Positions 1-13,651 are shown, numbered from the whole stretch's first letter. The stretch is DNA of 63,788 bases, filler included, from Octopus bimaculoides (GCF_001194135.2; 10 parts of 8 records of this genome joined end to end with filler, not necessarily neighbours in it), one strand, 5' to 3'. Numbers and translations are program-made. The notes: generated from the sequence alone by a model not told the origin.

Positions 1-510
1 ATATATATATTTAGAAGTGTGCGTGTGTGTGTTATTCTTGCTTGTTAATTTGTCTTGTTATGTCTCCTCACGGAACTACGAGAATGTGTGTATAGACCGT
101 TAGTTTTATCTTTTGTCGTGATAGCGAATTCAATTTGTGTATACGATATGTTGTGTAGCCTTCTATAAGAGCAAACCGAGGACTTTTTGTTTTTATAGCT
201 GTTGTTGAAAAGACATGTGTCGAACTTTGGGATAAATTATGTTTTAGGTTGTCTATTAAATGGGATATGAATAGCGATATCAAAAAGATAAAAATATCTC
301 ATTTTAATGTTCAATTTTTTTAAATTGGATTTTTAATATTTGGGAAATTTTGCCTAACTAGAAATTTGTTTCTGAATGTATTAGAAGCTTCGCTCATATT
401 GGAATGTGAATTCATCCAGACATTTTTCATGTTGCTGATCCTGTTAATATGTTCGGTTATGTCCATTGGTTATAGTAGCCATCCAAAGTTACTCCTTACT
501 ATTATAGACA

Positions 511-708
511 GGGCGACGAGCTGGAAGAATCATTAGCACACTGTTGTTTAGTGGCATTTTTCCGCACGTTCTGAGTTCAAATTCCGCCTAGTTCAACTTT
601 TCATCTTTTCCGTGTCGATAATATAAGTACCAGTTGGATATAGGGCTCAACATAATTGACCTACCCACTGCCCCCAAATTGCTGACCTTCTGCCAAAGTT
701 TCAAATCA
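511..708 (+). mobile_element. tRNA-derived SINE, degenerate
   Basis: GGCGACGAGCTGG head and B-box-like GTTCAAATTCC. The same family recurs in reverse at 26943-26990 and 61845-61998. Confidence 0.7.
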
Positions 709-990
709 GTGTTACAGATACCTCTGTGGGGGAACTGTCTGATACTATGCACCCTATTTCAAGAAGTAAGTTCCCCAGTTGATAAACAGCTTTACATCAA
801 TACGTAAAAATGAACATTTTATAAAGTGAATATTTGCTCAAATAAGTTTAAGTATACGATCGTTGTTTTTGAAAACTTTGTGAGGAGTATTTTTTTAATA
901 GTAAATGTAACGTTTACACTGCCACAAAAATTCATGGAGATCTTCAACAGGATAAACTATATATTAATGCTTAGAGAAATCTCATGAATT

Positions 991-1888
991 TACGAGATGG
1001 TATCAAAACGTTCGCGGACTGGTTTTCTTTAAGAAAAAATAGCTTGTTTACTTAAGTTTTAAAATTATCTTCTTCCAAATACTCACCTTGCGCAGCAGTA
1101 CACGTGTCCCTGCCACTTTTGGATTCCGACCGGGAAGTTGTTTTCCGTAAGCAAGTAGAGGACTTTCTGCGATTTTCTCTCAATCTCGAAAGCGGTATTA
1201 AAACAGCGAACTTTGAGTTGCTTTTTCATCTTGGGGAAGAGACAGAATTTTGCTTGCGCTAAATTTGACGAATAGGGCGAGTGCCTAAACGGTACTATGT
1301 TGCTTTTAGCGAAAAACTCACGAGTGAGGAAAGTTTGATTACAAAGTGCATTGTCGTCGTGAAGAATCTAATTCTTCGGTCCGCAGATCCTGTCTCTTTC
1401 GTCAAATGTCTTCCCTCAAACACTTCAAACGTCGCAGTAGAACTCTTGGTGGACGTTCAGACCTTGGGGAATGAATCCTCGATCATATTTCCAGGAGTAA
1501 CTCTCTTAGTAGGTTTTCCAGATCGATCATCGTCTTTCAGGGATGTTCTGCTTTAGAAGCGCCCATGTCACTCGAGACATTGCGTACAACCCATTGGCTC
1601 ATCGCTTCAACTTGCCAAAGCATGTTCAATGTCTCCGCAGCAGACCTCCAAAGTTTAACAAAATTTCACATTGTCTCTTTGTTCCTGTCGATGATAAAAT
1701 CGCAGACTACAGTATACAGGTGAACACAAAATCATAAATTTCACTTCTTGTGAAGTAAATAAAGCGATGTCACTCGGCGCACTGCTTCATGGAGGTTACT
1801 ACTAGCTCTCATTGTGTAGGGAACCGTATGCTGCCATCGTTTAATGCGCTACAGAAATAGTTCAGGAACTATTTGATACCACTTCGTA
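991..1888 (-). mobile_element. Mariner DNA transposon, internally deleted, both TIRs present
   Basis: Imperfect ~30-bp TIRs (TACGAGATGGTATCAAAACG at 991; ATTTGATACCACTTCGTA ending 1888) with TA at both ends. Minus strand near 1230-1285 reads HSPYSSNLAQAKFCLFPKMK, matching the mariner HPPYSPDLAPxDFxLFPKLK motif. Confidence 0.8.
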
Positions 1889-3023
1889 TGAAACGGGAAA
1901 TCATACTTATAACCTAAATCAAGAAGAATTACTTCTGAAATGCTTGTTTCAGATAAACACAATTACATATACACACATATAAGACTTTATAACCTATTTC
2001 GGTATATACATATATGTGTGTGTGTGCGTCTGTATGCGCTCGTGTGTGTGCGTCTGTATGCGCTCGTGTGTGTGAGTGTGTCTATGTTCATATATAAATA
2101 AATATGTATATATATATATATATATATATATGTACATGTGTGTATATATTCCTCTGAAGCCTAATTGTATTTACCTGCATTTCTACGTCTCTCTTTCTCC
2201 CCTCTCTCTCTCCCCAAATATATATATATATACATATATAAGCACACGTTTATGCGTTTATGTGTATATGTGCACATAACTACGTATATATACATACATA
2301 TGCATATGTCATATTTTACTCTCCTCAGTTCTCAATATATGTCCAAATATAAATATATTATGAACATCTATGTTTGGCATAGTGCAGACACAAAAGTAGT
2401 TACCTATATCAAATTATGACAGGAGGAGCCAAACTGTGAAAAGAAACCGATCGAATCATAAAAAAAAATTGAGTTCTATAAAATAAAAAAATATATATGA
2501 TAAAAATACGATGATTGTATTAAGAATAGTGAAATCATATAAACAGAATATTGTAGATGAATGACAGGAGAAAATATTTCAAATAAATGATACCGAAATG
2601 ATATTATCTTTTTTTTTTTTTATTTCACAAGAACAAAATGAAACATGAATATGTTCCCTTATTTATGGTTTTGATTCTTTTCCGCCCAAGNNNNNNNNNN
2701 NNNNNNNNNNNNNNNNNNNNNNNNNNNNNNNNNNNNNNNNNNNNNNNNNNNNNNNNNNNNNNNNNNNNNNNNNNNNNNNNNNNNNNNNNNNNNNNNNNNN
2801 NNNNNNNNNNNNNNNNNNNNNNNNNNNNNNNNNNNNNNNNNNNNNNNNNNNTTTTTTTTTTTTTTTTTTTCATATTCCTTCAAATATTAAAGTTTTTTAT
2901 TAAACATTTAAATGGCTTCTACAGCGACATACTCCGCGTAATTTTACACTTCAAAATTACTGTAAATTCTTGGACGCGTATCAGCTTTCCTGTATATATA
3001 TGCTTCGTACAAATATACAAACA

Positions 3024-3066
<43 letters not shown>

Positions 3067-3323
3067 GCATGCAGTGAGAGCTGGTAGTAACTTCATAAGG
3101 CAGTGTGCCGAGTGACATCGCTATGTTTACTCCGCACTCACATTTATACATCTGTACTTGTATCTTTATATTCTTACATATTTAGTTTGTGTATCAATGC
3201 ACGAACTTCAGAATGGGCTGTGTACACAAAGGATTATTTACACATATTTGTATTTATGGTTTTATATATATGTGTGTGTGTTTGCGTGTATACATTTGTG
3301 TGTTTGCATATGAGTGTGTGTAT

Positions 3324-3367
<44 letters not shown>

Positions 3368-3414
<47 letters not shown>

Positions 3415-3657
3415 CGATGAGTAAATGCAAGAAAAACTCAGGAGTAGCAAATATTTGCAACGGTAATATTAGTTTCACTCTTGAAATGAAAGGAAAATTA
3501 TTTTGACGTTACGGATGCCTGCCTTTCATCAGGAAAAGCGAAAAAATTTTAAAAAGCAATGTAAAAGAGAGAAGAAGAAGAAGAAGAAGAAGAAGAAGAA
3601 GAAGAAGAAGAAGAAGAAGAAGAAGAAGAAGAAGAAGAAGAAGAAGAAGAAGAAGAA
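3368..3657 (-). repeat. Penelope-like terminal-repeat remnant between (GAT)n and (GAA)n microsatellites
   Basis: Minus strand 3505-3532 reads CTGATGA-AAGGCAGGCATCC-GTAACGTC, a decayed minimal hammerhead core of the kind found in Penelope-like terminal repeats. (GAT)n at 3368-3413, (GAA)n at ~3572-3657. Confidence 0.45.
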
Positions 3658-4084
3658 TTAGTCTAGTTGGAGTTCGGTACTGTGGGAAGAGGAGGGGGGA
3701 CGTTTATTTCTTGCAAGGTAGGATAAGATCAATCAAAATATTCGCAAGTGATATACAAGAACTGCTTGATAGTCCAAACTGAGCTTGATATTATAGATGG
3801 TATCAAATATTAATTATTTTCTTTATTTCGTGGCATAGATATCTGCATTAAAACTTTATTCATGTAGTAGAACATAGAAATATTTGTAGTAAAGAATGGA
3901 AAATGATATATATTTTATTTGATCAATATTCTTCTCAGCTTTTCGTGTGATATTGATAACTTATCCTTTCTAACTACAAATATCTGGTTAATATGATTTT
4001 ATAAACAATTCACCTCATTTAAACATTTAACTATTTTTCATAAACAGTTTTTGACACTATATTAATTGCTCTACATCAACTTCT

Positions 4085-4181
4085 CTTTTCTCTCTTATCT
4101 CTTTCACTTCCGCTCTCTCCCTTTCACTCTCTCTCTCTCTCTCTCTCCCTCTCTCCCTCTCTCTCTCTCTCTATCTCTCTT

Positions 4182-4276
<95 letters not shown>

Positions 4277-4278
4277 GT
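4085..4278. repeat. (CT)n microsatellite
   Basis: Direct sequence. Confidence 0.95.
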
Positions 4279-5669
4279 CTTTCTTACAATGTCATTATTA
4301 TCCTCACAGTTTTTATACACGTTTTAATCATCATTACCCTATTTGTGTTAAAGAACTAATTGTTTTGGCACAGTTGGAAAATGTCATTTAACTAAGAAAT
4401 CTTTCCTTGAAACATTGCTGGGAGCAATCATATTAGAAGGTGTGATGAACAACATTATTTTCATTTCCTGATCACGGTGACTCTTGTCGAGTCTGGTTCA
4501 TTTTAATTAGTTTATCCCTAAAGTTCTTCCCTTACTTGTAAGTAAACTGTTCAGTCACTCTATGACTACTTCAATAGTTAGTCACGTCTGTAAAGTTTAT
4601 GAACCCCTATTGACTTGTTGAATACAAGCTATGCTTACCTTCATTTCCTCACCCATTGCCTTTAGTTGCCATGACAGTTTGATTTACCATTCACTAGTTC
4701 ACATTGATAACTCGATAGAACATCAACTCACAGAGGCAAGTTGCTACAAAGAAGTAGTTTTATGTGAGAACTGTACTGTCAGTAGAATTTATTGTATTTA
4801 TATAGTTTAAATTATTATGATACGATATTAAGTCGAAGCCTTGACAGGTTAGCAGTGTAAACTGTGTACAGTTGAAGGTGGGCTGATAGTTCTTCATGAT
4901 CTGTGACTTTAGCACTAACAGATATGCTTCAATGAAATCATTTTCAAAATCCATCTAGCTCACCTTTAAAGTTATAAAATCCAAGATCGATGATTGGCAA
5001 ATTAAACCATAACAAGGATCTAATGGACTTCGAATCTGTTAACTATCATTAGCTTCCACCTGTTATAGTTCAAAATATGAACAGAAACAGCGACGGTAAA
5101 ATGTTCTTTAATGCTTTCCTTTTTCTGAAAGTTATGCCACGAATAATGAATATGCGATTGTTTATATTTAATCTAATAGAATCGGTTGTCAAGAAAACGC
5201 TTATGTATTATGTTATGTATCGTAATATTGGAGTCATACAAACAATACAGCGAGCTTTCGTAATTACTAATAATTTTATTTCATTAAATAGATAATAGTT
5301 ATTCTCTGTTAAAATATTCATCAAAATGTTTTAATCATTAAAGTGAATCGATCGATAACATTCTGAATTATGTATTAATCGATTCGGGGAACATTATTCT
5401 CTGATAGGAGAACTGTAGTGATGGTGACTTTCTTCCACAGATATTTATAATACAACCTAGCTGCTGTGCATTCCACACGAAGTGAAAGTAATACCAAAAC
5501 AGCGCTTTGCCGTATGATTAGTTTCTAAATATAATGACTCTTGTTATATATAAATTTTGGTACCTTTCCGAAGTATATTATACTGTGAAAGGTTGTTCAC
5601 CTTTGACATAAATATAATTAAATATTAGTGTTTCATGAATGTTAGATGTTTGTAAATATAATGAATTTC

Positions 5670-5711
5670 TACTAATATTTTTCCTTTTTTTTTTTTCATC
5701 TTTAGGTAAGT
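5670..5711 (+). promoter_or_regulatory. Candidate recursive splice site (3' splice site followed directly by a 5' splice site)
   Basis: Branch-point-like TACTAAT at 5670-5676, ~27-nt pyrimidine-rich tract, TAG at 5703-5705, then GTAAGT at 5706-5711. Confidence 0.5.
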
Positions 5712-6842
5712 CTATTTCCTTTCACGTTACTAACAAAAATCTGAAGAATTGATCAAGTTTCCCACTGCAAAAAGCTGTTTACTATTGGTAACATTAAACA
5801 AACTTAGTAAGTACATAAACACACAAGTGTCATTTCATAAGAATATATATGTGGCACTTCTGTTTATATTTTTTTATCCTCACAGAATGAACAATATGCA
5901 TTCCAACTCAGAAACAGTGTTCTTTCATTAAAATTTAGAGATTATCAACTAAGAAGCTATGTATATGTCTAGTAAGAATCCATGTGCGTAAGTGTACACG
6001 TATTCATGTGGTTGTTTTTATCTATGTGCTCGGCTGTATACATGTGCATATTTGTATGTATGTGTATGTTTTTTTTTTATGTATCATGCATGAATGTTTC
6101 TCTATGTGCAAATACGTTTTGTAAGCATAATAATAATTGTGGATAATGACTTAGGATTGGCAATATGTGCGCGTAAAAAAACTGCACTCATAAGCAGGTT
6201 AAATTCACCACAATTGCTTTTGTTTCCATTGTGGATTTGTTATATGAATATGTTGTGGAATTTTAGTTTTTGTTAGTTTACATACATACACGCTAAAGCA
6301 TGATCGCATAATATATAAAATAACACATTGCTGTTGTTTTGTTTAGTTTTATTTTTCTACAGAGCACTACATTATAGAAGTAAACATATTACTATATTGA
6401 ATTTTAGTTCTACAACGTCAGTTGTTTCATCTGCATGAGGCATATGTCGACTATAGATTTAATGTTGTGGAGAGAATTGTTGCAAGAGAATACCCTGCTA
6501 GTTTACATTGTTAATGAGGGTATGCTGACTTTAAACTTTTTAGATATTCAAGTCACCTTCAAGCGATGTCTTCTTTTCAGCATATAACATAGATCAGCTA
6601 AACAATTTTGTATAACAATCGAGGCGTACTCCGCAGAGCAGAATATAATACAATTGCAAACAATTCAAACTCAAACACACAGAAACACATGCACACGTAT
6701 ATACACACATACACACATACACTCACACGCAAACACACAAGGTAATAAACATACACGGGCGTACACACACACTTTCACACATATATATACGCAAAAAATA
6801 ACTTTAAATTAGATAGTCAAAAATATATAATGCGCATATATA

Positions 6843-6877
<35 letters not shown>

Positions 6878-6977
6878 NNNNNNNNNNNNNNNNNNNNNNN
6901 NNNNNNNNNNNNNNNNNNNNNTTAATTAATTAANNNNNNNNNNNNNNNNNNNNNNNNNNNNNNNNNNNNNNNNNNNN
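6878..6977. other. Artificial scaffold join (44N-TTAATTAATTAA-44N), first of nine
   Basis: Identical 100-bp cassette at 6878, 14557, 16648, 25701, 35570, 39947, 57565, 60475 and 62593. The 12-mer has stop codons in all six frames. Confidence 0.95.
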
Positions 6978-7040
<63 letters not shown>

Positions 7041-7189
7041 AAGATGTATATGTACACGTATACATATAGATATAGATATATATATGGATATAGATCTATA
7101 TGCATACATGTAAATTTGGAAATTATATTCTATGCATAACGGCCATAACCCCCGGACCTCCTAAAAAAAAGGGCAAATCATCGAATCCA

Positions 7190-9945
7190 TACAATGTGAC
7201 ATGTACACAATCGAATGGCAAAAAAGGGGCCTTCCACATACTCATATCCTGCTTTGGCTCTCAACGAAGATCAAATCAACTGACATCGACATCATAATCT
7301 CTGCAGAACTTCCTGATGCACCTTTAGACAAAGTACTATACGACATACTTAAAGCAAACATGGTCCATGTGGACATGGATTCAACATTAACTCACCATGT
7401 TTGAAAGACAGCGTATGTTCAAAAAAGTTTCCAAGGAAGTTCCTACAACAAACTCAGACAGGTGCTGATGGGTATCCATCATACAGACAGAGAAAACCAC
7501 AAGACGGCGGTTTCACAGCAACTATCGGACAGCACGAGGTTGATATTTTCAATGCCCACATTAACGTTGACTTTTGCAACTCCATTAAGTATGTTTGCAA
7601 GGGCTCTGATGCTGCAATGTTTGCACTTCAACAATACTGCCAGGATGAGGTGACGCACTATCAGGTGGGACACTACATAAGTAGCAACTAGGCTTTCTGG
7701 CACATCATTGGCTTTCCACTTCACCACCGACACCCCGCCATTCAACAGCTTCCAGTGCACCTGGAAAACGGTCAAAGAGTGTACTTCACTGATGCTAATG
7801 CTTCTCTGTTGGCAGAGCAACCAAGGGATAGCACACCCACTGCATTCTTCAAGCTCTGTCAAGTGGATCCATTCGCTCAAACCTTACTGTATCCACAGAT
7901 TCCATCGTACTACACTTGGAATGGAAAACAATGAACCCCAAGGAAAGCAGGTCAAAATATTCATGGATACCCTGGCATTAACTTTGACACTTGCCTTGGC
8001 CGAGTATACACAGTACATCCCACTCGACGAGAGTGCTTCTACCTCCGCCTACTACTGCATGAGGTCAGAGGCCCCACGTGTTTCCAGGCCCTAAAAACCG
8101 TTCATGGACATGTCTGCACAACATACAGAGAAGCCTGCTATCGACAAAGACTGTTAGAAGATGGTGCACAATGGGATGCAACTTTGGGAGAGGCTGCTTT
8201 ATCACAATCACCTAAAAGTTTCAGGGCACTATTTGCAGTATTACTACAGACATGCGAACTATGTGATCCTGCAACTCTATGGCTCAAGTACAGGGACAAA
8301 CTGGCTGAAGACTTTCAGCGGCAAGCTCAACAGCTCTATCCTGACATGGAAGGTATTAGCAATGAAGTCTACAAAACTCTCTGTAACATTGAAGACAATT
8401 GCCACACTGGGTGGTAATGAATTGTCCACATATGGCCTACCACAAACATTCAGGTCAGGGTCAAATAGCCTTCCCACTGCTGTCATTTATGAAACATCTT
8501 ACAACACTCAAGCGCTTTCAAAGTACATTGCTGAAAACGAGCATAAATTACTTCGGACCAGCTGCAGGCCTACACACCTATTAACAGTGTACGCCAACGT
8601 GAGGGACGATTGTTCCTCCTTGATGCTCCTGGAGGGACAGGAAAACCATTTATAACAAAGCCTCTCCTTGCAGAAGTTAGGCAGCATCAGGTTATTGCAG
8701 TAGCAGTGGCTTACCCTGGGATTGCAGCTACTTTGTTACCTAGTGGCCAGGACAGCACACTCGACTTTCAAACTCCCTCTCAATTTAGCAGCATCCGACA
8801 TACTTACATGCAACATCACCAAAAGCTCAGATCAGGGGCAGGTACTTCAAAGGTATCATCTAATTGTCTGGGATGAATGCACCAAGAGAGCTTTGGAAGC
8901 ATTAGATAGAGCCCCAAAAGACATTCAAGACTGTTACGCTTCAGGTGATTTCAGGCAAACTCTTCCTGTCATTCCGAAAGGTACTAGANNNNNNNNNNGC
9001 CCCAAAAGACATTCAAGACTGTTACGCTTCAGGTGATTTCAGGCAAACTCTTCCTGTCATTCCGAAAGGTACTAGAGCAGATGAGGTCCAAGCATGCCTA
9101 AAGTCCTCTACCCTGTGGCATCATGTTACCATTCTCAGTCTTAACACTAACATGACAGCTCAGCTACATGGCGATCAAATGTCCAAAAAGTTTGCACAGG
9201 ACATTTTGACAATTGGTGATGGCAAGGTGCCCCTCAGCGCTGCACGAGAAATGGAAGTATGGCCATTTTGCTCTGTTGTTAATTCTGTAGATGACCTCAA
9301 ACACAAAGTCTTTCCCAACTTCAAAGAAAACCACCTAAATCACAATTGGCTGTGTGAAAAGAGCAATATTAGCTCCAAAAAACATAGCTGTTACAAAAAT
9401 TAATCAATAGCTGATGCATTCTCTTCCTGGCAATTTTCAAACTTACAAGTCTGTTGATATAGTTCCAGATACAAATGAAGTGGGGAACTATCCTCCTGAT
9501 TTTCTCAATTCGTTGGAGCCTCCTGGACTACCTCCTCACATATTATCGCTTAAAGTTGGAACGCCTGTTATGCTACTCCACAATCTGGAACCACCAAGAC
9601 TTTGCAATGGAACATGACTCGTGATAAAGATGATGACACACGTTATCGAGGCTATCATTCTTTCTGGATATGGAAAAGGTGATGTCTTTATTCCAAGAAT
9701 TCCTCTTACTCTATCAGGAGCAGACATTCCTTTTACATTCAGAAGACTTCAATTCTCCCTTCGTGTCACTTTTGCCATGTCCATTAACAAATCTCAGGGT
9801 TAAACCTTCTTTGTAGCTGGTCTTCTCTTGGAAGAGCCCTGCTTCTCACATGAACAACTGTATGTTGGCTGCTGAAGAGTGGGAAGCAAAACAAACCTAT
9901 TTGCATATGCTCCACAAGGAATATTGTTTACAATGAGGTGTCATA
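7190..9945 (+). mobile_element. Helitron Rep-Helicase (Rep plus Pif1-like helicase) remnant, frameshifted
   Basis: Rep motifs IEWQKRGLPHTHILLW and KYVCKG. Helicase motifs [56 protein letters not shown]. Many stops and frameshifts. Confidence 0.95.
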
Positions 9946-10057
9946 ATGACAACAGCAAGAAAGTATGTACATAATCACCTTCTTTTACCAAATTTCATTG
10001 ACTTTCATGTATTTATATTGATATACATATATGCATTTGGGTGTGTGTATATATATA

Positions 10058-10654
10058 TCTATATATATATAAAGATGAAAATGTGTGTGTGAATCCCTAA
10101 AACACGAGAACTACACAACCAATTTCATTCCAAATTTAAACATGCCTCACTTAGGGTACATGTAGTGTCTTTGGCCATAAAATTTTCTAACTTCTTGCAT
10201 AGTTTGAGCCCACACTTCCACTATTTCAGTATTACGTGTCAAAAGTGAAACAATAACATGTCGCTCCTGTAATTTCAAATACTTTCAATTTCATACTGAA
10301 ACTATACTCTTACATATATACAGGCATACTATAAGACCTAAGTTAAAAACATTCCCAACAATTTAACTTCTCTCGTTGACATTAACACACCCATCCCCAC
10401 ATTTTAGAACTCCATTTTTCAGGAGCAAAATCTTTTTTACAGGTTCCAGAAGACTGGAATTTTGGAATATGCGTATAAAGATCAATAGTATGGGATACAT
10501 GTGTCATGATTAGAATTTTTTACAGTGTGTAAAAAGGGAAAGAACCCTCATGTGCAATTTTATGAAATTTGAATCATAGGCATTTCAGTTCCTTACAGAA
10601 AAATCTCATTCTTCAAATGCATGTAACATGGGCAACGCCGGGTATTTCTGCTAA
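10058..10654 (+). mobile_element. Non-autonomous Helitron-like element, or the 3' end of the upstream Helitron
   Basis: Starts A|TCTATATATATATAAAG at 10058. Ends with a decayed GC hairpin (GGGCAACGCCGGG) followed by TATTTCTGCTAA|T, close to the CTRR|T Helitron terminus. Confidence 0.65.
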
Positions 10655-11330
10655 TCTAATATAAATGTAAAAACTAATTTGTGTCAGTGTGTCGCATTTG
10701 GACCCACTCTCATGATTCAATGATACTCCTACTGTTCTTTGTGCTGGGGTGAGAGTAATAGTAGGCATAAAGACGGTGAATGTGGTGGCAAAGACAGATA
10801 GAGAGAGAGAGAAAGAAAAAGACAAAGAAAATTAGGGAGAGCTGATGATGTTTTATTAAAAGTTGTAGTGCTGATGGTGGCAGTTGGAGTAATAAGAAAG
10901 AGAAACTGAACACCGATGGCAATGGAGTGATAGTAACAGTATGAGCTGTAGTCATGATTGTGGCTGAAGTGGTAGCCAAGGCAGTCAGGGATGATGGTGA
11001 GATAAAGTGATGTAAAAGACAGAGGTGAAGGTGGCGGCGTCAGAAATGTGAATGATGTAAATGGCAGACGTGCGGTACTGTTGTTTACCATGCAGCTTTG
11101 CAATAAGTTCCAAGTCGACAAATTATACCATTGCTTTGATGAAAATTGTCCATTGGTTGAAAAACATCGTTGAAGTTAAGAAAATCTAATATGTACGCAA
11201 TGCATGAATTGTCAATGTTGGACCTGAGGCCTAATGAAGAGCCCTCCACAGGATCTAGCTCAAAAGCCACCCTATTGGGCATCATGTACGCTAGTCAAAC
11301 ATATAGCAAAAGGAATTTTTTTTTAAATAT

Positions 11331-11336
11331 TTTATT
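11331..11336 (-). terminator. Possible polyadenylation signal of the HMGB gene
   Basis: AATAAA on the minus strand ~1 kb downstream of the stop in AT-rich, repeat-free sequence. Such hexamers are common by chance here. Confidence 0.25.
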
Positions 11337-12356
11337 TCAGTTTAAATAGAATAATTACATCTTAAATTGTTCCTAAGACAACTAATCCTTGCAAGTTGAG
11401 CAAGCCTTCAGGGTATAATAATAGTAAAGAGATCATATTCTTGAATGGAAAGGGGATAAACTGTTTACCTAACCAATTTTTTTTTTTTTGTGATAGTTCA
11501 ACAGGATACTATTTTAAAGGAAAACAACATTTTAAAGGTCATATGAAAACCAATTTTAAAAATATAAGAAAAATTCTTAATTTTACAATATGAAATAGGA
11601 ACACTGAAGTGGTCAAAGTGATATACTGAAGTAACCAGAAATTGTAAAACAAAATATCTTCATTAATTTTATAAACAAGGCACTAATAGCTAAAATTTAG
11701 CCTGTTTTAAAGTTACAAAACTGTATATTCTGTCAATAAACCTGATAAAACACATAGTTAAATGGCAAGAGAGAAAAACAGTTATAAGCTGTCAAGTGAC
11801 ATGAAGAAAATAATCATTTGAAGTCATAACCCTGCCAACCACAATGGAGACAAATCAATGCCACTGATGAAGCAGCAGGATTGTCCAATAAGAATTCAGT
11901 TTATAAAGAATTTACACCCCCACCCTCTACAAAACAACAAATAAATTTTAATTATTTTACACTAAGTTAAATTGCATTGAATTCTCTTAAGTGCACACTG
12001 AGAGTAAGGCACACTTCTATCATCTGAATATAAAATAATCTGTAATCTAATTTCAAAAGGAATGTGAATAATGAAAACATATACAGAACAAAAATGAAAT
12101 GTCTGATGTCAAATGATATATATAAACCACAAATCATAGCATAAAGAAAAAGAAGTTGTGGTTTAAAGTTAACATTTAGATCTTTTTTTTTTTTTTATGA
12201 CGAGACACATCAACTTGGGTATAAGACAATGGCAGTGATGGAGAGAAAAATAAATCTGAGCGAAATCACCTCTCTTCTATACATTCTACAAATAATGTTT
12301 CAAGTCATTTGTAAGAATTACTGGATGAATGTCCAATATAATTTTAATTTCTCCAC

Positions 12357-13509
12357 CTATTCATCATCCTCTTCCTCCTCTTCTTCTTCCTCCTCTTCTT
12401 CATCACCTTCACCCTCTTCCTCGGCTTCCTCTTCATCATCATCAGCCTCTTCATCATCTTCATCCTCCTCCTCTTCCTCCTCAACCTTTGCTTTCTTGAC
12501 TGAAGAAGCACCTTTAATTTGTTCACCACTTTTCTATAAGCAACAATAAATAAATAAAGCTTAAACTCATGTTTTCTCATCAAAAATCATCTTTCAATAC
12601 AAATTTTTTTTTGTTTTTAGCTAAAGACAATCAAGTTAACATTACCTTTTTGTATTCAGCAATTGCTACATCATACTTCTTTTTTTCTTCTCGATTTCTT
12701 TTTTCATATGGTTTCTTAACTTCATCTGTCATCTTTCTCCACTCCTCTCCAGCTAAAATAAACATGTAATATATATTTCAAAAACTAGATGCATAATGGA
12801 TAATGCTTTAGTTTATCACAATCATAGAATTACAAAGAAATTTCAAATAAAAAATGAAAATATTACAAACCTAATCTGAGTATCTCTTTGTGATCAATAC
12901 CCTTCCCATTCATTTTCAATCTGAAGTCATTTAAGAACAGGAAATATGAAGATTGTGGTCTTTTTGGTTTATTTGGATCACCTGAATTTTTCTGTTTATA
13001 ATCTGACATCTATAGATATGAAAATATAAAACAGTAAAGATATAGACCTCTACAATACATTTACCCTACTTTTTACACACACTGACTTTCATTAGATATG
13101 CTTAGTGTATGTTACCTCTTTAACGTATCTGGCTTTATCCTTGGCAGCTTTCTCCTCAAAGGGCTTTTTCTGTACAACAGTTAGAGCCTTCCATTTTTCT
13201 GAGCATTCTTTGGTAAAATCTGAAACCTAACAATATAACTTATTACAATACAAGAAAAATTCAATACCACATTCCAAACAAGCCTAATCAATAACTGCAC
13301 CAGTTCAACTCACATTTTAAGAGGCTTAAATTAAAGCAAAGCATATTATAGTATCCAACTTACTTTAGGAATGGTTTTGCCTGATTTAGCAGCCTGCTCT
13401 CTGCAATGTGCCATATAATAGAAGTAAGCAGATGTAGTTCGTTTGGGCCTATTAACATCCTTCGGCTTCTTTCTTTTACGGCCTTTGGTTGCAGCTGCAG
13501 GGAGACGAC
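12357..13509 (-). CDS. HMGB: HMGB-family protein (two HMG boxes, acidic C-terminal tail); five well-supported coding exons
   Basis: Exons 13509-13364 (RLPAAATKGRKRKKPKDVNRPKRTTSAYFYY...TIPK), 13226-13116 (VSDFTKECSEKWKAL...ARYVKE), 13009-12871 (MSDYKQKNSGDPNKPKRPQSSYFLFLNDFR...ILRL), 12752-12646 (AGEEWRKMTDEVKKPYE...AEYKK), 12533-12357 (KSGEQIKG...poly-D/E, TAG). All introns GT-AG with matching phases 0, 0, 1, 0. Family call only; exact orthologue not determined. Confidence 0.95.
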
Positions 13510-13651
13510 CTAGAAATGCAAGAAAAAAAATTTCAACATAATTTATCTCAATCACAAAAACACAAAAGTAAATTGTTCAGTTTAGGGATGTCAAAAAAGT
13601 AAATAAGAATTATTGGGAAGATAACTAGTAAAGGGACATAAATCAACTTAC

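Noticed and set aside
1281-1737. Plus-strand ORFs of 91 and 64 aa
   Set aside because: Antisense shadows of the mariner transposase remnant.
4400-4980. Minus-strand ORF with weak RT-like words and a GTAAGC donor
   Set aside because: Possibly an old LINE fragment, but neither an exon nor an element can be supported.
8911-9076. 78-bp tandem duplication in the Helitron helicase
   Set aside because: Identical copies flank a 10-N gap, the pattern of unmerged overlapping contig ends. The same occurs at 27725-27772 and around 56973-56982.
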